DNA of 64,000 nt from an uncultured virus (IMG/VR IMGVR_UViG_3300007541_000015) (IMGVR_UViG_3300007541_000015), one strand, 5' to 3'. Positions 34,661 through 46,600 are shown, numbered from the stretch's first letter. Translations and numbers: made by a program. The notes: generated by a model from the letters alone, not told the origin.

Positions 34661-35959
34661 GTGGTATTATTGAAATACTTCAGTCGTTCCGGCCAAAAGC
34701 GACCCGACGATACTGATAGTCTTCAGTTTCGAGAGTTGATTCTTGGTGCTATTGTTTCTGAAGTATTATCTTCAAAGAGCGAAGATTACTCTAATAACCT
34801 CTATAATATTGATGACATTTTTGACCTTACCGAAAATAAGGAAAGTCAAGAGTTTGACGAAGAAGGATTTAAGGCTGAAGCAAAAAGGGTAATTAAAGAA
34901 ATAATGGATGAACCATTGGGTTCTATCTTACCTAATTTGACTTTTCAGAAAGAATACTCCGAGTTTAAAAACTTAACTTTGGCTGAAATTACTGACAGGG
35001 AAAGAGTAAAGGAATTACTTAAAACCAAAAGAGGAGAACGACCTCCTGTTATGGAACCAAGTGAAGACTTTATTTCTCTTGATTATATCAAGAAAAACTT
35101 CGTTAGTGTCGAGGGAATAGATAAAACTAAAAATGATGAGGGTAAAATAGTAAAGGAAGAATACACCGAATATATTTGGGATGAAGCAAAATCACAAAAA
35201 AAGGATGACTACCACCCAGAATCAAAAATAGGCTGGCTTAAAAGGCATCCAGAGTATTCTGCATATTTAACTACTTCTGAATCTTCTAGTCCTGAAGTGA
35301 CTATTGGAATGGGTGCAATTAAAAATAAATCAGATAAGGAAAAACTATTTGATAGAATTAATTCTCTTAAAGAAAAGGAAGACAGTTCTGAATTTAACCA
35401 AATGGTTGATGAAATTGTAGCATACGAACCAAAGGAAGAAGAATCTTCTAAAGATGTTGATAGCGATGATTCATTAGTTGATGATGAAAAGGAAGCCTTC
35501 AAACTTAAGATTCATGAAAAATATCCTAATGAATATATGAAATTATATGACCGAAATTATTTTTATAAAGACAAACAATTATTTGAGCATTTATATAACA
35601 CTTCGCCTTTAGAAGAAGATGAAATTTCGGAAGAAAGGTCCGGCGACCCTGAATTAGTTAAAGAAGCCCATGAAGACCCATTTTCTTACATTAGAAGAAT
35701 TTGGCCGACTGAATGGAATTTATACATAATCAAGTTGAAGTTATACGACAACAAACAGAAATTTAGCATCAAGATTGATAAAACCCATGAGTTGTTCCAA
35801 ACGGGAATTAGAAGAGGAACAGGTTCAGGTGAAGGCTTCAAAACAACCGGAAGCAGAAGGCTCTCACCAATAGAACAAGAATACGACCTCAAACATCTAA
35901 GAAACTTCATTGAAGAAGTTGTCGAAGAATACCGTGATTTGAAGGAATTATTGGGGTGA
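34661..35959 (+). CDS. Acidic hypothetical protein (432 aa)
   Basis: Long ORF; start uncertain. Confidence 0.65.
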   Translation: MVLLKYFSRSGQKRPDDTDSLQFRELILGAIVSEVLSSKSEDYSNNLYNIDDIFDLTENKESQEFDEEGFKAEAKRVIKEIMDEPLGSILPNLTFQKEYSEFKNLTLAEITDRERVKELLKTKRGERPPVMEPSEDFISLDYIKKNFVSVEGIDKTKNDEGKIVKEEYTEYIWDEAKSQKKDDYHPESKIGWLKRHPEYSAYLTTSESSSPEVTIGMGAIKNKSDKEKLFDRINSLKEKEDSSEFNQMVDEIVAYEPKEEESSKDVDSDDSLVDDEKEAFKLKIHEKYPNEYMKLYDRNYFYKDKQLFEHLYNTSPLEEDEISEERSGDPELVKEAHEDPFSYIRRIWPTEWNLYIIKLKLYDNKQKFSIKIDKTHELFQTGIRRGTGSGEGFKTTGSRRLSPIEQEYDLKHLRNFIEEVVEEYRDLKELLG

Positions 35960-35963
35960 GTAA

Positions 35964-37271
35964 ATGCCCGTAGCCTCATCACCAAGCGATTATACTTCAA
36001 TCGCTCCTGACTATGAAAATGGTTACGGGTATTATACTGATGTAGTAGCAGTATCAAATATGCTTCAAATTCCAGAATTTACTGATTTAACTAATCCAAC
36101 AGAAGGGCAGGTTGGTTTAATAATTAAAAGAATTGAAGGCATTGTTGATGATGCAGCAAAGAGGTCATACAGACCAATTGTCTATAAAAATGAAGTTCAT
36201 AATTTTGAATTTACTAGACACCCAATGCATTCCTATTATGGTGGGTATGTCGGTTTTGTTCAGTTAGATACTATGAAAGTAAGAAAGATTGTTTCTCTTA
36301 GAGTTTGGCAAGGCAATCATTATGAAGAGATTGCTTCTGCACAAGCATCAATTACATTTTTAGAAAATTTTAGAGACTTGACTTCAGTTGCTTTGCAGTT
36401 ACCAAACTCAGGAACAGAATTTTCCATTATTGTAAGCACAGATGGAACGCCATTGTCTTCTGAATTTGATGTTAGTTTTGGGAAGAAGACAGCAATTGCT
36501 GAATTAGCCCACGCAGTAAATGAAGAGTTTCCGGCCAACACTTCTCAGTTTACAGGTGCTACGGCTGCAAAAAGCATCAATGTTGGGTCTAGACACATTT
36601 CTGACTACTTCTTCGGCACGAAGGACTCAGAAAACGGGGCGCGTCTGCTCATCTCATCCCTGCTTTCCGGCGAAGACGGCTCCGATTGTGTGCTGAAAGC
36701 GAGCATACAACAGGCCATCACTCATGTAAATGCTAGCACCAACTTAGTAGTTGCAGATAGCAGTAAATTAAAGGTAGGTATGACTATTGTGGATAGCAAC
36801 AATCACATTCCATCTAATACAACTATTACTGCTATTGTTGATTCAACAAATGTAACTATGTCTAATGCGGCAACTCAAAGCGGAAGCGGCACAGCAACAT
36901 TTACTTCTTCAAATGGTATTCCTACTGTTTGTGATGTTGAGATTTTTACTGATAAAGATGACATGCAACGCCTTGGTTCTTATTGGACTATTGGCGATGA
37001 AGGCCGTATTTTTTTCCTTAGAGATTATCCTTATCATACACAAAATTCTGTTATTGTTTCTTATGTTTCAGGTGATGGGAGAGTTCCTGCCGCTATCCAT
37101 GAAGCCACAACAAAATTAGTTTGTGCTGAAATTTTACGACATGACGACCAAACTATTCTTATTGCTGAAACAGGCGGAAACATCAGCACTAAAGAAAAAT
37201 ACGATATTCTTAGAAAGGAAGCATTTGAAATCCTTTCAGGTAAAAGCGACATAGTTTATTTTATTGATTGA
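35964..37271 (+). CDS. Head-tail adaptor-like protein with inserted beta domains
   Basis: N-terminal YTDVVAVS..L and C-terminal VSYVSG..VPAAIHEATTKLV typical of head-completion proteins. Confidence 0.6.
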   Translation: MPVASSPSDYTSIAPDYENGYGYYTDVVAVSNMLQIPEFTDLTNPTEGQVGLIIKRIEGIVDDAAKRSYRPIVYKNEVHNFEFTRHPMHSYYGGYVGFVQLDTMKVRKIVSLRVWQGNHYEEIASAQASITFLENFRDLTSVALQLPNSGTEFSIIVSTDGTPLSSEFDVSFGKKTAIAELAHAVNEEFPANTSQFTGATAAKSINVGSRHISDYFFGTKDSENGARLLISSLLSGEDGSDCVLKASIQQAITHVNASTNLVVADSSKLKVGMTIVDSNNHIPSNTTITAIVDSTNVTMSNAATQSGSGTATFTSSNGIPTVCDVEIFTDKDDMQRLGSYWTIGDEGRIFFLRDYPYHTQNSVIVSYVSGDGRVPAAIHEATTKLVCAEILRHDDQTILIAETGGNISTKEKYDILRKEAFEILSGKSDIVYFID

Positions 37272-37272
37272 C

Positions 37273-37485
37273 ATGGCATTTGAAATTGATATCAGTCATT
37301 TCAAGAAGTTTCTTGAAATCCAAGAAGAAAGACAGAAGGCCATGCTTGAAGTCTCTCAAACTCTTGGTATTGATATCACAATGTCAGATGAAGAAAAAAT
37401 TAAATATGCAGAACAAGATTTTGCTAAATATCTTGAAGAGGCGATTTATAAGGAGGTGGCTGCATGGATGAAGTCAGCCTTATAA
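37273..37485 (+). CDS. Hypothetical neck-region protein
   Basis: ORF in operon. Confidence 0.6.
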   Translation: MAFEIDISHFKKFLEIQEERQKAMLEVSQTLGIDITMSDEEKIKYAEQDFAKYLEEAIYKEVAAWMKSAL

Positions 37486-37973
37486 TTGATATCTTAACTA
37501 ATAATTGGTCTGCATCTGTTACTGCTCTAACAGATGCGGGGGTTATCACCGCAACTCACAATTCAACACCTAATTTTGTTGATGTTAGAACATTGCAGAA
37601 AAATCAAGGTGTTCGCTACGACCTTTCTTCTAAAGATGTAATTATTATCTTTGAAGATTCACAATCTATTCAATATCCAACTATTCATTATGATATGCGT
37701 AATGAGACATATGGTTTCACTATGCACATTCGCACTATACACGATGAAAGGGCAGGGGGGTCAGAAGATTTTGGCCGCGAAAGGCTCAGGGCTTTATACT
37801 TGATTGCTCGTCATGTGCTTGAGGGAGTCCGACGAGGCTACACGGCTACTGATGGCTCCTGTTTTAATCAATTATTCGTTGGTTCGAGAACTGAATCGAA
37901 TGATAGAGCAAAGAGATTATTTGGCTATAAAGTAAGCATTGAAGCAAAGAGATTTGCCCTCACAGTCCCGTAA
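37464..37973 (+). CDS. Putative tail terminator/neck protein
   Basis: Position before tail tube; GGAGGTGG RBS; size and pattern. Confidence 0.55.
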   Translation: MDEVSLIIDILTNNWSASVTALTDAGVITATHNSTPNFVDVRTLQKNQGVRYDLSSKDVIIIFEDSQSIQYPTIHYDMRNETYGFTMHIRTIHDERAGGSEDFGRERLRALYLIARHVLEGVRRGYTATDGSCFNQLFVGSRTESNDRAKRLFGYKVSIEAKRFALTVP

Positions 37974-38000
37974 GTTTGTTTTACGAGGGGGAATTGATTT

Positions 38001-39557
38001 ATGACAGTTTGTAACACCGATATTTTTCTAGGAAGCGGAGCATCGCTTACCTTTGTGCCTGAAAATGATATTTACGTTCCTTTCGCTTCATTGAACGGGG
38101 ACCGAAACACCTTAACTGTAGCAACTGCGTTTTCAAACGCATACAGTTTAGTTAACAATTTATACGTTGGTTGTGTTTTGGAATTCTATGATGATTCTGA
38201 ATCCACTTGCTCTATGCACAGAATTACTGCGAATGATGCAATAACTATTACATTTACTCCTGCACTTCCGGCTTCCCCCGCCGCTGTTGCAGGAACCGAC
38301 TATTTCCATATTCGCGGCTATGGTGCGCCTGTTCCTGCTCCAACATCAACGGCCAAAAGACTCCTTGCTGATGAATGGTTAGGTATTCTTGAATCTGCTA
38401 CATTCCCAACTACTGAAGTGGAAATGAAACAAGTGAATCTTGCTCTTGGTGGTTCAAGAAACTACACTTATCAATATAAGGGTATCGAAACGGCTAGCGG
38501 TGCAAACTTAGGAATTGTTGCTAACCATGCTGCTTGGTTATACTATTTCTTAGGAAAATGCACAGCCGCCACAGGAACAACTGCTACTGAATCCTTAGCC
38601 GCTGGTGATGAATTTACTGCACAAACAAGTGGTGCTGTTTATATTGATAATGGCGCACACGTTGAAACAGGCCCTATTTTCTATCGTTCCATCGGAACCA
38701 CTATTTGTCCTCCAATTTTGAAGGGACAAGATGCTTTAGCCGACATGGATAAATTAACCCTTCCAACTGAAGTGTCTAATGCAATTACTAATTCTATTTC
38801 CTATACCTTTGCTGAACAAGATACTGATAACCTTCCCTCGTTTGCAATTGAGCAGGTTCTTAGTAAGTTACCTTCAACTAACACATATAGAACAGAAAAC
38901 GTTTCGGGTGCGGCTGAAACAAAGAACTTCGTTAAGATTGCAAGAGGAAACCGAGTTAATACCTTAACTCTAACAGCAAATGAGAATGAAGAAATTAAGA
39001 TGACTCTTGACCTTAACTCTCGCGCTGTTCATTCTCTTGAACAGGATGAACTGTATGACGCCAGAAGAGGAGTAACTGATGAAACTACTTTCTTTAACTA
39101 CGGGTCTGCTCCAACTTTCCTTGAGCCATTCTTCTTCTCTCGTGGATATTTTAAGATTTTCGGTCAAACTTACCTGAAGATTAACACTCTTACATTAACT
39201 ATGAACAACAATCTCCAAGACCGCAGATTCATTGGTGTAGGAAATACTTCTATCAAGGAAGGTATTCCTGCCCAACGAACCTATGAATTATCTTTCACAG
39301 GACACGTTACCGATGATTCGCTTTACACAGAATTAGTTAGCCGTAGCGGTGATAACACCGCATCAGACGAATACATTGAATTACACTTCGAGAAGGCAAA
39401 CGGGGAATCCTTTACTCTGAAATTTACAGATTATCAAGTGTCAGCAAACAACTTCCCAATCCCTGATGATAAGGGACCGATTGCAGTTGAAGCAACAGTT
39501 ATGCCGAGAACCCTGCAATCCTGCACCGCAGTAACGCATTGGATTCTTCAGGGGTGA
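38001..39557 (+). CDS. Major tail (tube) protein
   Basis: C-terminal tube-like motifs (TLTMNNNL..RRFIG...RTYELSFTG); precedes chaperone and tape measure. Confidence 0.75.
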   Translation: MTVCNTDIFLGSGASLTFVPENDIYVPFASLNGDRNTLTVATAFSNAYSLVNNLYVGCVLEFYDDSESTCSMHRITANDAITITFTPALPASPAAVAGTDYFHIRGYGAPVPAPTSTAKRLLADEWLGILESATFPTTEVEMKQVNLALGGSRNYTYQYKGIETASGANLGIVANHAAWLYYFLGKCTAATGTTATESLAAGDEFTAQTSGAVYIDNGAHVETGPIFYRSIGTTICPPILKGQDALADMDKLTLPTEVSNAITNSISYTFAEQDTDNLPSFAIEQVLSKLPSTNTYRTENVSGAAETKNFVKIARGNRVNTLTLTANENEEIKMTLDLNSRAVHSLEQDELYDARRGVTDETTFFNYGSAPTFLEPFFFSRGYFKIFGQTYLKINTLTLTMNNNLQDRRFIGVGNTSIKEGIPAQRTYELSFTGHVTDDSLYTELVSRSGDNTASDEYIELHFEKANGESFTLKFTDYQVSANNFPIPDDKGPIAVEATVMPRTLQSCTAVTHWILQG

Positions 39558-39562
39558 AACTC

Positions 39563-39655
39563 TTGGACCGATTCGAGAAGCGCAGACTTAACTTAGAAAA
39601 GGATACTAAGCCAAAACCAAAACCTGCTCCTGTAAAGTCTAAATTACAAGAATGA
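39563..39655 (+). CDS. Possible 30 aa basic peptide (MDRFEKRRLNL...)
   Basis: TTG start after GGGGTGA; translated by hand. Confidence 0.35.
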   Translation: MDRFEKRRLNLEKDTKPKPKPAPVKSKLQE

Positions 39656-39704
39656 TATTCCACCAACATACGTTTGTTTGTTTGTTGGTTATGAAGGTGG
39701 AAAC

Positions 39705-40073
39705 ATGATTACAGATAAGAAAGTAGTAAGTAACAAAGATAGCCTATTTGCAGCGACCGAAAGCCAAGTGCATTACTTAAAAGCACGACCGGACTCTGAT
39801 GAATACCTTAAGGTATGGATTAGAGAACCGACATGGCTTGAGGCTGAAAAGGCTATGAATGCCGTAATGAAGATTGATTCTAAAACTCAATCTTTCGATT
39901 TAGACCTCAATGCTATGTATCGTTACATGGTTGAGAACTTTATCGAGAAAACGGAACCTTCCCTCTCCACACTTGATATGTTAAGGCTCAGTCCTTACAT
40001 TGGAAACCAACTTAAAGAAATCCTCCCGAATCCCATGAATATGCTTCAGGAGGATGAAGCAAAAAACGAGTAA
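39705..40073 (+). CDS. Tail assembly chaperone (gpG-like)
   Basis: Between tail tube and tape measure; ends just after slippery A AAA AAC. Confidence 0.75.
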   Translation: MITDKKVVSNKDSLFAATESQVHYLKARPDSDEYLKVWIREPTWLEAEKAMNAVMKIDSKTQSFDLDLNAMYRYMVENFIEKTEPSLSTLDMLRLSPYIGNQLKEILPNPMNMLQEDEAKNE

Positions 40074-40285
40074 TTCGGCAAGCATTCAAGGGGAAGGTCA
40101 ATGACCCCGAAATTGCTTCCAAATTAGCCGTTTACTATTTGTCGAAAGGATTAGGAATTAGCCCTCTAGAAGTTTATAAAATGCCTGTTTCTATGGTAAA
40201 GGATTTCTTAGCAATTCATAACGAATCGGAAAGATTGCAAGCAGAAGAAATTGAAAAGGTAAAAAGGAGTGCTAAGAATGGCTGA
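40061..40285 (+). CDS. -1 frameshift extension of tail chaperone (gpGT-like)
   Basis: A-AAA-AAC at 40061-40067; -1 frame open for about 72 codons (RVIRQAFKGK...LGISPLEVYKMP...) to TGA 40285. Confidence 0.75.
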   Translation, partial: KKRVIRQAFKGKVNDPEIASKLAVYYLSKGLGISPLEVYKMPVSMVKDFLAIHNESERLQAEEIEKVKRSAKNG

Positions 40286-41906
40286 AGACTTAGCAAGCGT
40301 TACTTCTGACCTCAAGCAACTGATGAGTGTAACCATTTCTGCACAATCGGCATTTGGGGGCTTAGGTAAAGCACTTTCAAGTATTGCTAATGCTTCTTCT
40401 AAATCATCTAAGAATTGGACTATTTTTAGTCGTCTTGTTTCAGGAACTCCTATTTGGGCTATTCAAAACAAAGTAAGAGCATACGTTGATATTCTAGCGC
40501 AAGTTGATGAAAAGCAGAAGTCCAATACTGATAGCAGGAAAGCATATAATAAAGCAATCATTAATGAAATGAAATCATATGATGCAATTAAGGCCCAAAT
40601 GATTGGTGTTTCTACACAATTTGAAAATTATGCTCAGGCTCAAAATTCCTTCGCATCAATGTTTGGTAGTCATGCTGCTACCCTTAGTCACCTTTCTTTA
40701 GAAACTAGAGAATTACTTGAAGCAACTGATTCCTATACTTTAGCAATTAAGGCGGGATATACAGAGTTTGAGGCATATTCTAAAGCAATGGAAGAAGTTA
40801 ATCAACAGTATACTAACCTAGAGAAAAATGCAATAAAGGCACAAAAGACATTAGAGTATGAAAGGAAAATGCAAACAGCGCAAGGAAGAAAGGAAATTAG
40901 AGATGAGGAAAGAAAGCAACTTTCTGAATCTAATATGAACAAACTAAATAAATTTGGTGAAAAAACTTCAGATTTATTAGAAAAAATCTTTCGTCAGAAC
41001 GGACAAACTTGGGAAGTTAGAAAAAAGTTTGCAAAGGGGCAGGAAAAATACGATAAATTTGCAACTAGATTCCAAACAAAAATGCTAGGATTTGCTAATT
41101 TCACTAAAGGCGTCTTCCAATTACTTCAAAAGTATATCATTATGGGTATGTTTGTTGCTATTGGTATTATTGCTGCTATTGGGGTAATTAAACAAATGAG
41201 TGAACAATTAGATTTTAGTGATATAATGGAAAGAATAGGAGGAATTATTGCATTAATTGCTTCAGGCATTGGTGACATAGTTGGATTATTTAGCGCATTG
41301 ATGAGCGGAGATTTGGAAGCGGCTATGGACTATTTGCGTAGCATTTTAGAATCGGTAAATGACATATTAATAGAAACTCTTAAAATTGCTTTATTGGTTG
41401 GCTTTGAATTGCTTGTGGCAACTATTAAATCAATACCAGAACTACTTTCAAATCCAATATATACTGACGCTCTTTATGATATACTTTGGAGAGCATTGGT
41501 AGCATATTCAGTAATAATTGGTGTTAAAATGGTTGCTGTTGCACTATTACAGGTTGCTGCATTATACGCACTACCTGTTATGCTCGGAATCGTTATAGTT
41601 GCTGGATTGGTAGGAGTATTTAAGAGGGTATTTGGAAAAAGGGAAACCGGAGGTATTGTTCGAGGAAACGAATCAATGACCTTAGTTGGAGAAAGAGGCC
41701 CTGAGTTGGTTTCGCTACCAACAGGTTCAAAGGTATATACCAACAACCAAACTAGCAAAATGACAGGTGGTGTAACTAATAACTTCAACATCACAATCCA
41801 CGCCAAGGACACATCTGATGCTGAACTGCGAAGAATTGCTGAAAAACTTGGCGGCATGATTAGCAGCAAAATTAACAGAAGAAATTCTTCAAGCACTATG
41901 AGGTGA
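40278..41906 (+). CDS. Tape measure protein
   Basis: Helical Ala/Gly-rich, hydrophobic middle, C-terminal GG.V...LVGERGPELV motif typical of TMPs. Confidence 0.85.
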   Translation: MAEDLASVTSDLKQLMSVTISAQSAFGGLGKALSSIANASSKSSKNWTIFSRLVSGTPIWAIQNKVRAYVDILAQVDEKQKSNTDSRKAYNKAIINEMKSYDAIKAQMIGVSTQFENYAQAQNSFASMFGSHAATLSHLSLETRELLEATDSYTLAIKAGYTEFEAYSKAMEEVNQQYTNLEKNAIKAQKTLEYERKMQTAQGRKEIRDEERKQLSESNMNKLNKFGEKTSDLLEKIFRQNGQTWEVRKKFAKGQEKYDKFATRFQTKMLGFANFTKGVFQLLQKYIIMGMFVAIGIIAAIGVIKQMSEQLDFSDIMERIGGIIALIASGIGDIVGLFSALMSGDLEAAMDYLRSILESVNDILIETLKIALLVGFELLVATIKSIPELLSNPIYTDALYDILWRALVAYSVIIGVKMVAVALLQVAALYALPVMLGIVIVAGLVGVFKRVFGKRETGGIVRGNESMTLVGERGPELVSLPTGSKVYTNNQTSKMTGGVTNNFNITIHAKDTSDAELRRIAEKLGGMISSKINRRNSSSTMR

Positions 41907-41910
41907 TTTT

Positions 41911-42525
41911 ATGCCTGACTATTACGTTTATCTTAAAACAGGAAAACATGATGAAGGCGATGGTGCTACCATTAACACTATTCCCCTAAGAGTAAATAGT
42001 GTAAGCATTTCCACATCTAAGACTATTCCATCTTTTCCAATCCCTCTTTCAGGATTAGCAACAGGTGAATCATTGACCGCCGCTCTCGATTTGGGTATGG
42101 CTACAAAGAACATTTCACTTAGCGGATTCATTGTTGAAACTAGCATTCAAAGAGAAGACCACTTGGGAAATAATTTAAACGTAACTATGACCCCACAGGA
42201 AATTGCTCAATTAATCCATTCTTCTGTTGATTCGACAGGTCTGGCAGTAAATCAAGCAATTAAGGAACTAGTTATTCTAATTCCATCTAAAGTGAATGAG
42301 TCATATACTGAAGTTACTGAAAGGTTGATTCCTTGGACTTTTCGCGCAAGAGGCAACCCAGACACTTATGATAACGAAGGTGTTCCGGCTTCTAACAATT
42401 TCCCAACATCAGAAAGTAGTCCGGGTTTAGAGGGTTTTGTTAGGTCATTCTCAACAACGCTTGCAGGAGAAACTGTTGAAATTGAATTTAGCCTAGAGTT
42501 TGAAGTTGCATCATTAGCACCTTGA
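41911..42525 (+). CDS. Distal tail/baseplate-like protein
   Basis: Immediately after TMP. Confidence 0.55.
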   Translation: MPDYYVYLKTGKHDEGDGATINTIPLRVNSVSISTSKTIPSFPIPLSGLATGESLTAALDLGMATKNISLSGFIVETSIQREDHLGNNLNVTMTPQEIAQLIHSSVDSTGLAVNQAIKELVILIPSKVNESYTEVTERLIPWTFRARGNPDTYDNEGVPASNNFPTSESSPGLEGFVRSFSTTLAGETVEIEFSLEFEVASLAP

Positions 42526-42534
42526 GGTGATTGA

Positions 42535-43629
42535 ATGTATGACGTTTTGGTAGGAAAACAGCGTTCTCTTGTTTTTCCTGTTATGTGTAACGCATACGTC
42601 AAAATTGACTACGGTAGCAACGTAGCAACAACAGATTACGGTATTTGGGACCATGAAGGTTCTTTTACTTTTGAAGCAATTGTTACACCTTATGATGTAA
42701 ATGGATATTGCCGATTATCAACAGGTGGTTCACTTCCCGTTATTAGAGATTCAAAGAAAATTATGCCGGGATTTGATTCAAGAATTGCAGGGAATTATCA
42801 AAGCAACAAATATCTAAATATTGGAAATCGCCTTGTTCATAAAATGTGTTTGTTTTATAGCACTTCTTTAAAAATCTATTTAGTGAACAGCACACTACAC
42901 AATGAGAATAAACCTGCTGAATATAAAATTCAAGTTGAAATGACCATTGGTGGAACAACTGAAACCTTTACTAGCGGTGCTGTCATTACTTCTAACTTAG
43001 ACCAACAGTTTGACTATTCTGGTTCAGACCTTTCAGGGTTCAATAAATTAGGAAAACTCCAATATGATAAAATTACTCAAGTGAACGGTGACTTTACCGC
43101 TCCGGTGTCGTCGTTTGATGTGGACTCCGCTTCTCGCCTCCATGCTAACGCTCAGACCGTGTATATACGCGACGGATTCAACTTCGTGCCTGTTGGGACC
43201 ATCTCAGGATTATCGGGCCTCACGGTTAGTCTAACGACGCCATATTCGGAAGGCTTAAGCAACAATACCGACCTGTTTCTTGAGGCTTACCGCGAACCTT
43301 CGTATATCAACTCCTTTTATCACATTGCAGTAACATATTCAAAAACTCTCAATACTATCACTTTATACCTAAATGGTCTTCAAGTATTGCAAGATACACA
43401 TTCTAATTCAGGAACTTTTGCGTTTGACCAAGAAGACTTTTATATCGGGGCCAATAATACCGGCTCAAGGGGAGACAATTCAGCATTAGCAAATGAACAA
43501 TTCATGGGAGAATTACATGAATTGTCTATTTCAAATGTTAAAAAGGATACCTTTCAAAGTTATTCTAACTTGATGCCTAATTTAAACAATGCTCTTCTTT
43601 ATTTGAGATTTGAGGAGGTGGATAACTAA
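42535..43629 (+). CDS. Tail protein with LamG/concanavalin-like domain
   Basis: FTFEAIV...YHIAVTY...LYLNG...FYIG...FMGELHEL. Confidence 0.7.
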   Translation: MYDVLVGKQRSLVFPVMCNAYVKIDYGSNVATTDYGIWDHEGSFTFEAIVTPYDVNGYCRLSTGGSLPVIRDSKKIMPGFDSRIAGNYQSNKYLNIGNRLVHKMCLFYSTSLKIYLVNSTLHNENKPAEYKIQVEMTIGGTTETFTSGAVITSNLDQQFDYSGSDLSGFNKLGKLQYDKITQVNGDFTAPVSSFDVDSASRLHANAQTVYIRDGFNFVPVGTISGLSGLTVSLTTPYSEGLSNNTDLFLEAYREPSYINSFYHIAVTYSKTLNTITLYLNGLQVLQDTHSNSGTFAFDQEDFYIGANNTGSRGDNSALANEQFMGELHELSISNVKKDTFQSYSNLMPNLNNALLYLRFEEVDN

Positions 43630-46600
43630 TGTCAACTCTTAGAGTTTTTAACAAAGGAGAAACTAGCGTTTCTTCTGTATTTAATACAAACTGTCCCACC
43701 AATGCAAAACTCACTACTCAATCAACAGGAACAGGACGATTCTTTACTGTTATTCATTCCGATGATTCTCAAAATGCTACCTTTAGTGAAATTAAGGCAA
43801 GCACCGGATTGCTTACTGAGTATTCAAATCAAGCCAATACAGAAGGCTTCAAAATCCGTTGCTATGATAGTGCAGATGATGTAGGTATTCAATTGAATGG
43901 TTTAGATGCTAACGATTATTACTTTGTTCTTATTCATTCTGATAATGAAAACATGCACCATTTTGCTAGGATTACTGAGTTTTTAACAGAAGATGTTGAT
44001 GGTGATGCATTTGAATTTACTCCAAAATTGGGAAACCAAGTAAATAAAAATGTAAAATTTATGCTATTTAAAGGAACAAATATGAACACGGCGATTGCTG
44101 TATCTTGTGGTCTTAAAGAAGGATTACGAGATAATTTAGTTTGTGCTCGTCCTCTTTTCTATTTCCTTAATGGCTTAGATAAGAGTGGTGAATTAAACCA
44201 TAACACGAAATATTACGCGGCAGTTGGATATACTTCAAGTGGTGCTAGCATTACACCAAACACCTTAACTACCACATTCTTAACAGAGCAAGATTATTCA
44301 AATAAAATCGTAGATTATAGTCTGTATTCACTTAACGTGACCCTAACTGATTTAAACAGAGAGGGAGATATCGCGGCAACTCCGGTTGCACAGGAAACCT
44401 ACGTTCTTCCCTCGGCAGATTATACTGACTATGAAGATGTTTTTTACAACGCCAGAAGAGAAACCTCAGATAATGCTACTGTTACGACATTAAGAGGTCC
44501 GACTCGATACGTTCATTATGATTATTCTCCAGACTATTGTAATCTAATGCAAGGTGTTTTTGAGACTGAAATTGAAGACTCGGTTGAAAGCAGGTCCGGT
44601 TTTGCAGAATCAACTGCAATTGATAATAAAAGGATTTATCCAAAGAAGATTAGTGAAGATGAACCATACCGAATCCGCCACATGGTTCACACAGGAACAA
44701 TTGATGAATGGTTTGAATTACAGGCGGAAGTATCTAATTATATTTCTGCCTTTAGGAGATATATTTTTACTTCTGATTACCCTATTAACGATTTGATTGC
44801 AACTAATGACGTTGTTAAATTAAATGGTAGGTTACTAATCGTTACATCAACAAGTGCTGGTAGCATTGATGTTTCAAATTACAGTAGATTAGAAACAGAA
44901 AGTGAATTTACCAATACCTTTACTAATTTTTCTTTATTGACAGGTAGTTTATATCGTCGTGCTTACAGTCAAAGTAAAGGAACATTACTCACTACTTTCC
45001 CTATCATTGAAAGTCGAGATAGCAAAATATTCATTAGATTTATGTCTAACAACTTCGGATTTATTTACGCTAACGTTAGTGATTCAAATAAAGTTCAACA
45101 GACTTTAACGCTATCTTTTTCAGGTGATTCATACCACGGCGAAATGCTAAAATATGTTTCAGGGAAGTATATCATTTTCATTGAAAGGTTTGATGGGGTG
45201 GTGGAATCCTTTGAGAGTTTTAAAGAAAATGGACAAACAATGGCTACTGTTAAGGGCAGAAACAATTTTAGAAAGTTACTTTCCCCAATTGTTAATACTA
45301 ACAAATTATTCTCTAGAGACATTATTTACAGTTCTAGGTCTTTCTATAATAAACTAACAGATACTACAAAAACTGTTGATACTACCAATTCAATAGTTGG
45401 AAATTCTAAAACCTTCGATGTTTCTTCTAGCGGTTTTTCTTTTGTTTCTGGCGATATTGTTTTTGTTAAGTTTGCAAATAATTCCATCGCTTATGTAGGC
45501 ATTGTTGATTCCTACACATACCCGACAGTAACTCTTGAAGATTACCCTAAGTCGTTAGTTGAAGGAGCATCATCTGTTGGACTTTATGTTGCTAGAGATA
45601 AAAATTATATTTTGAACAAGGCTCTCTCTTCAAACGCAAATCTATCCCAAACTGTTTCTTCCCTTAACGGAGCAGCAGGTAAAGGTATTTATTTTGAAGG
45701 TGGGACTAAATTACAGTCTAATGGTTCTGATGGTGAATCTCTAATTGGTTCTTCTTCTGATGATAATGCTAATGCTTTAGGCTATCCTATCTTTGAACCG
45801 GATGAGATTCTTTCGGATTTAGAATTCCAAACAAAACTTAAAGGAACTAGCACATCGGCTGAAACATTTGATACTGTAAATACTCTTATTGATTTTGAGG
45901 TATTGGGTATTAAAAATGAAGAGACATATTCTATTATTGAGTTGGCTCCATATTTACCTTTGACTTTAGGCCGAGTTGATTATCAATATAGTAATACCAC
46001 AGATTCTTCTTTCAGCAATAGAGGTTCCGTTTCAGCAACTACTAACTCTAAGTATTTTACCTGTTCTACAACAACAGCATTAATTTATAATGAACCATTA
46101 TATGTTGATGGTGTATTTATTGGAAAATTTGTTTATCAGGTGACTAATTCTTCAAATGTTTCTGTTGTCTATATTGATAGAAAGGCTACATTTTCTTCTG
46201 GGCAACTGCAAGTTTTAGAAGATAAACAAGCAACATACGCTGAAAAAGAACATCCAATATATTCTATGTCTTTAGTTAATGGAGCACATTTGCATGGTGG
46301 AAAAGCAATTAGTTTATTACATCCATTTACTATTGATAGTGCAACTAATAATCATTTGACTACTTTTAACCCTGTAACCTTTTTTTCTGGTTCTTCATAT
46401 GAAGAGAATTATAATGTCAAATTTGGTTCTCCATATTATAGAATTATGAATTTAGAGTTTGGTAGAGTTGAAAAATATTCTAGCACAATTGCTGATTGGT
46501 CTGACGATTACGATTTAGATTATTATTCAGAAAATCCTAGTTCTATTAAGTATTATGGTGAAGCCTATCGTTTAAATCCGGGCTTTACGTCTTCAGTTGT

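Noticed and set aside
26240..43300. Short locally GC-richer patches inside AT-rich late genes (e.g. about 26250-26360, 36610-36710, 43100-43300)
   Set aside because: No shared motif could be established by eye and reading frames are uninterrupted; needs sliding-window statistics
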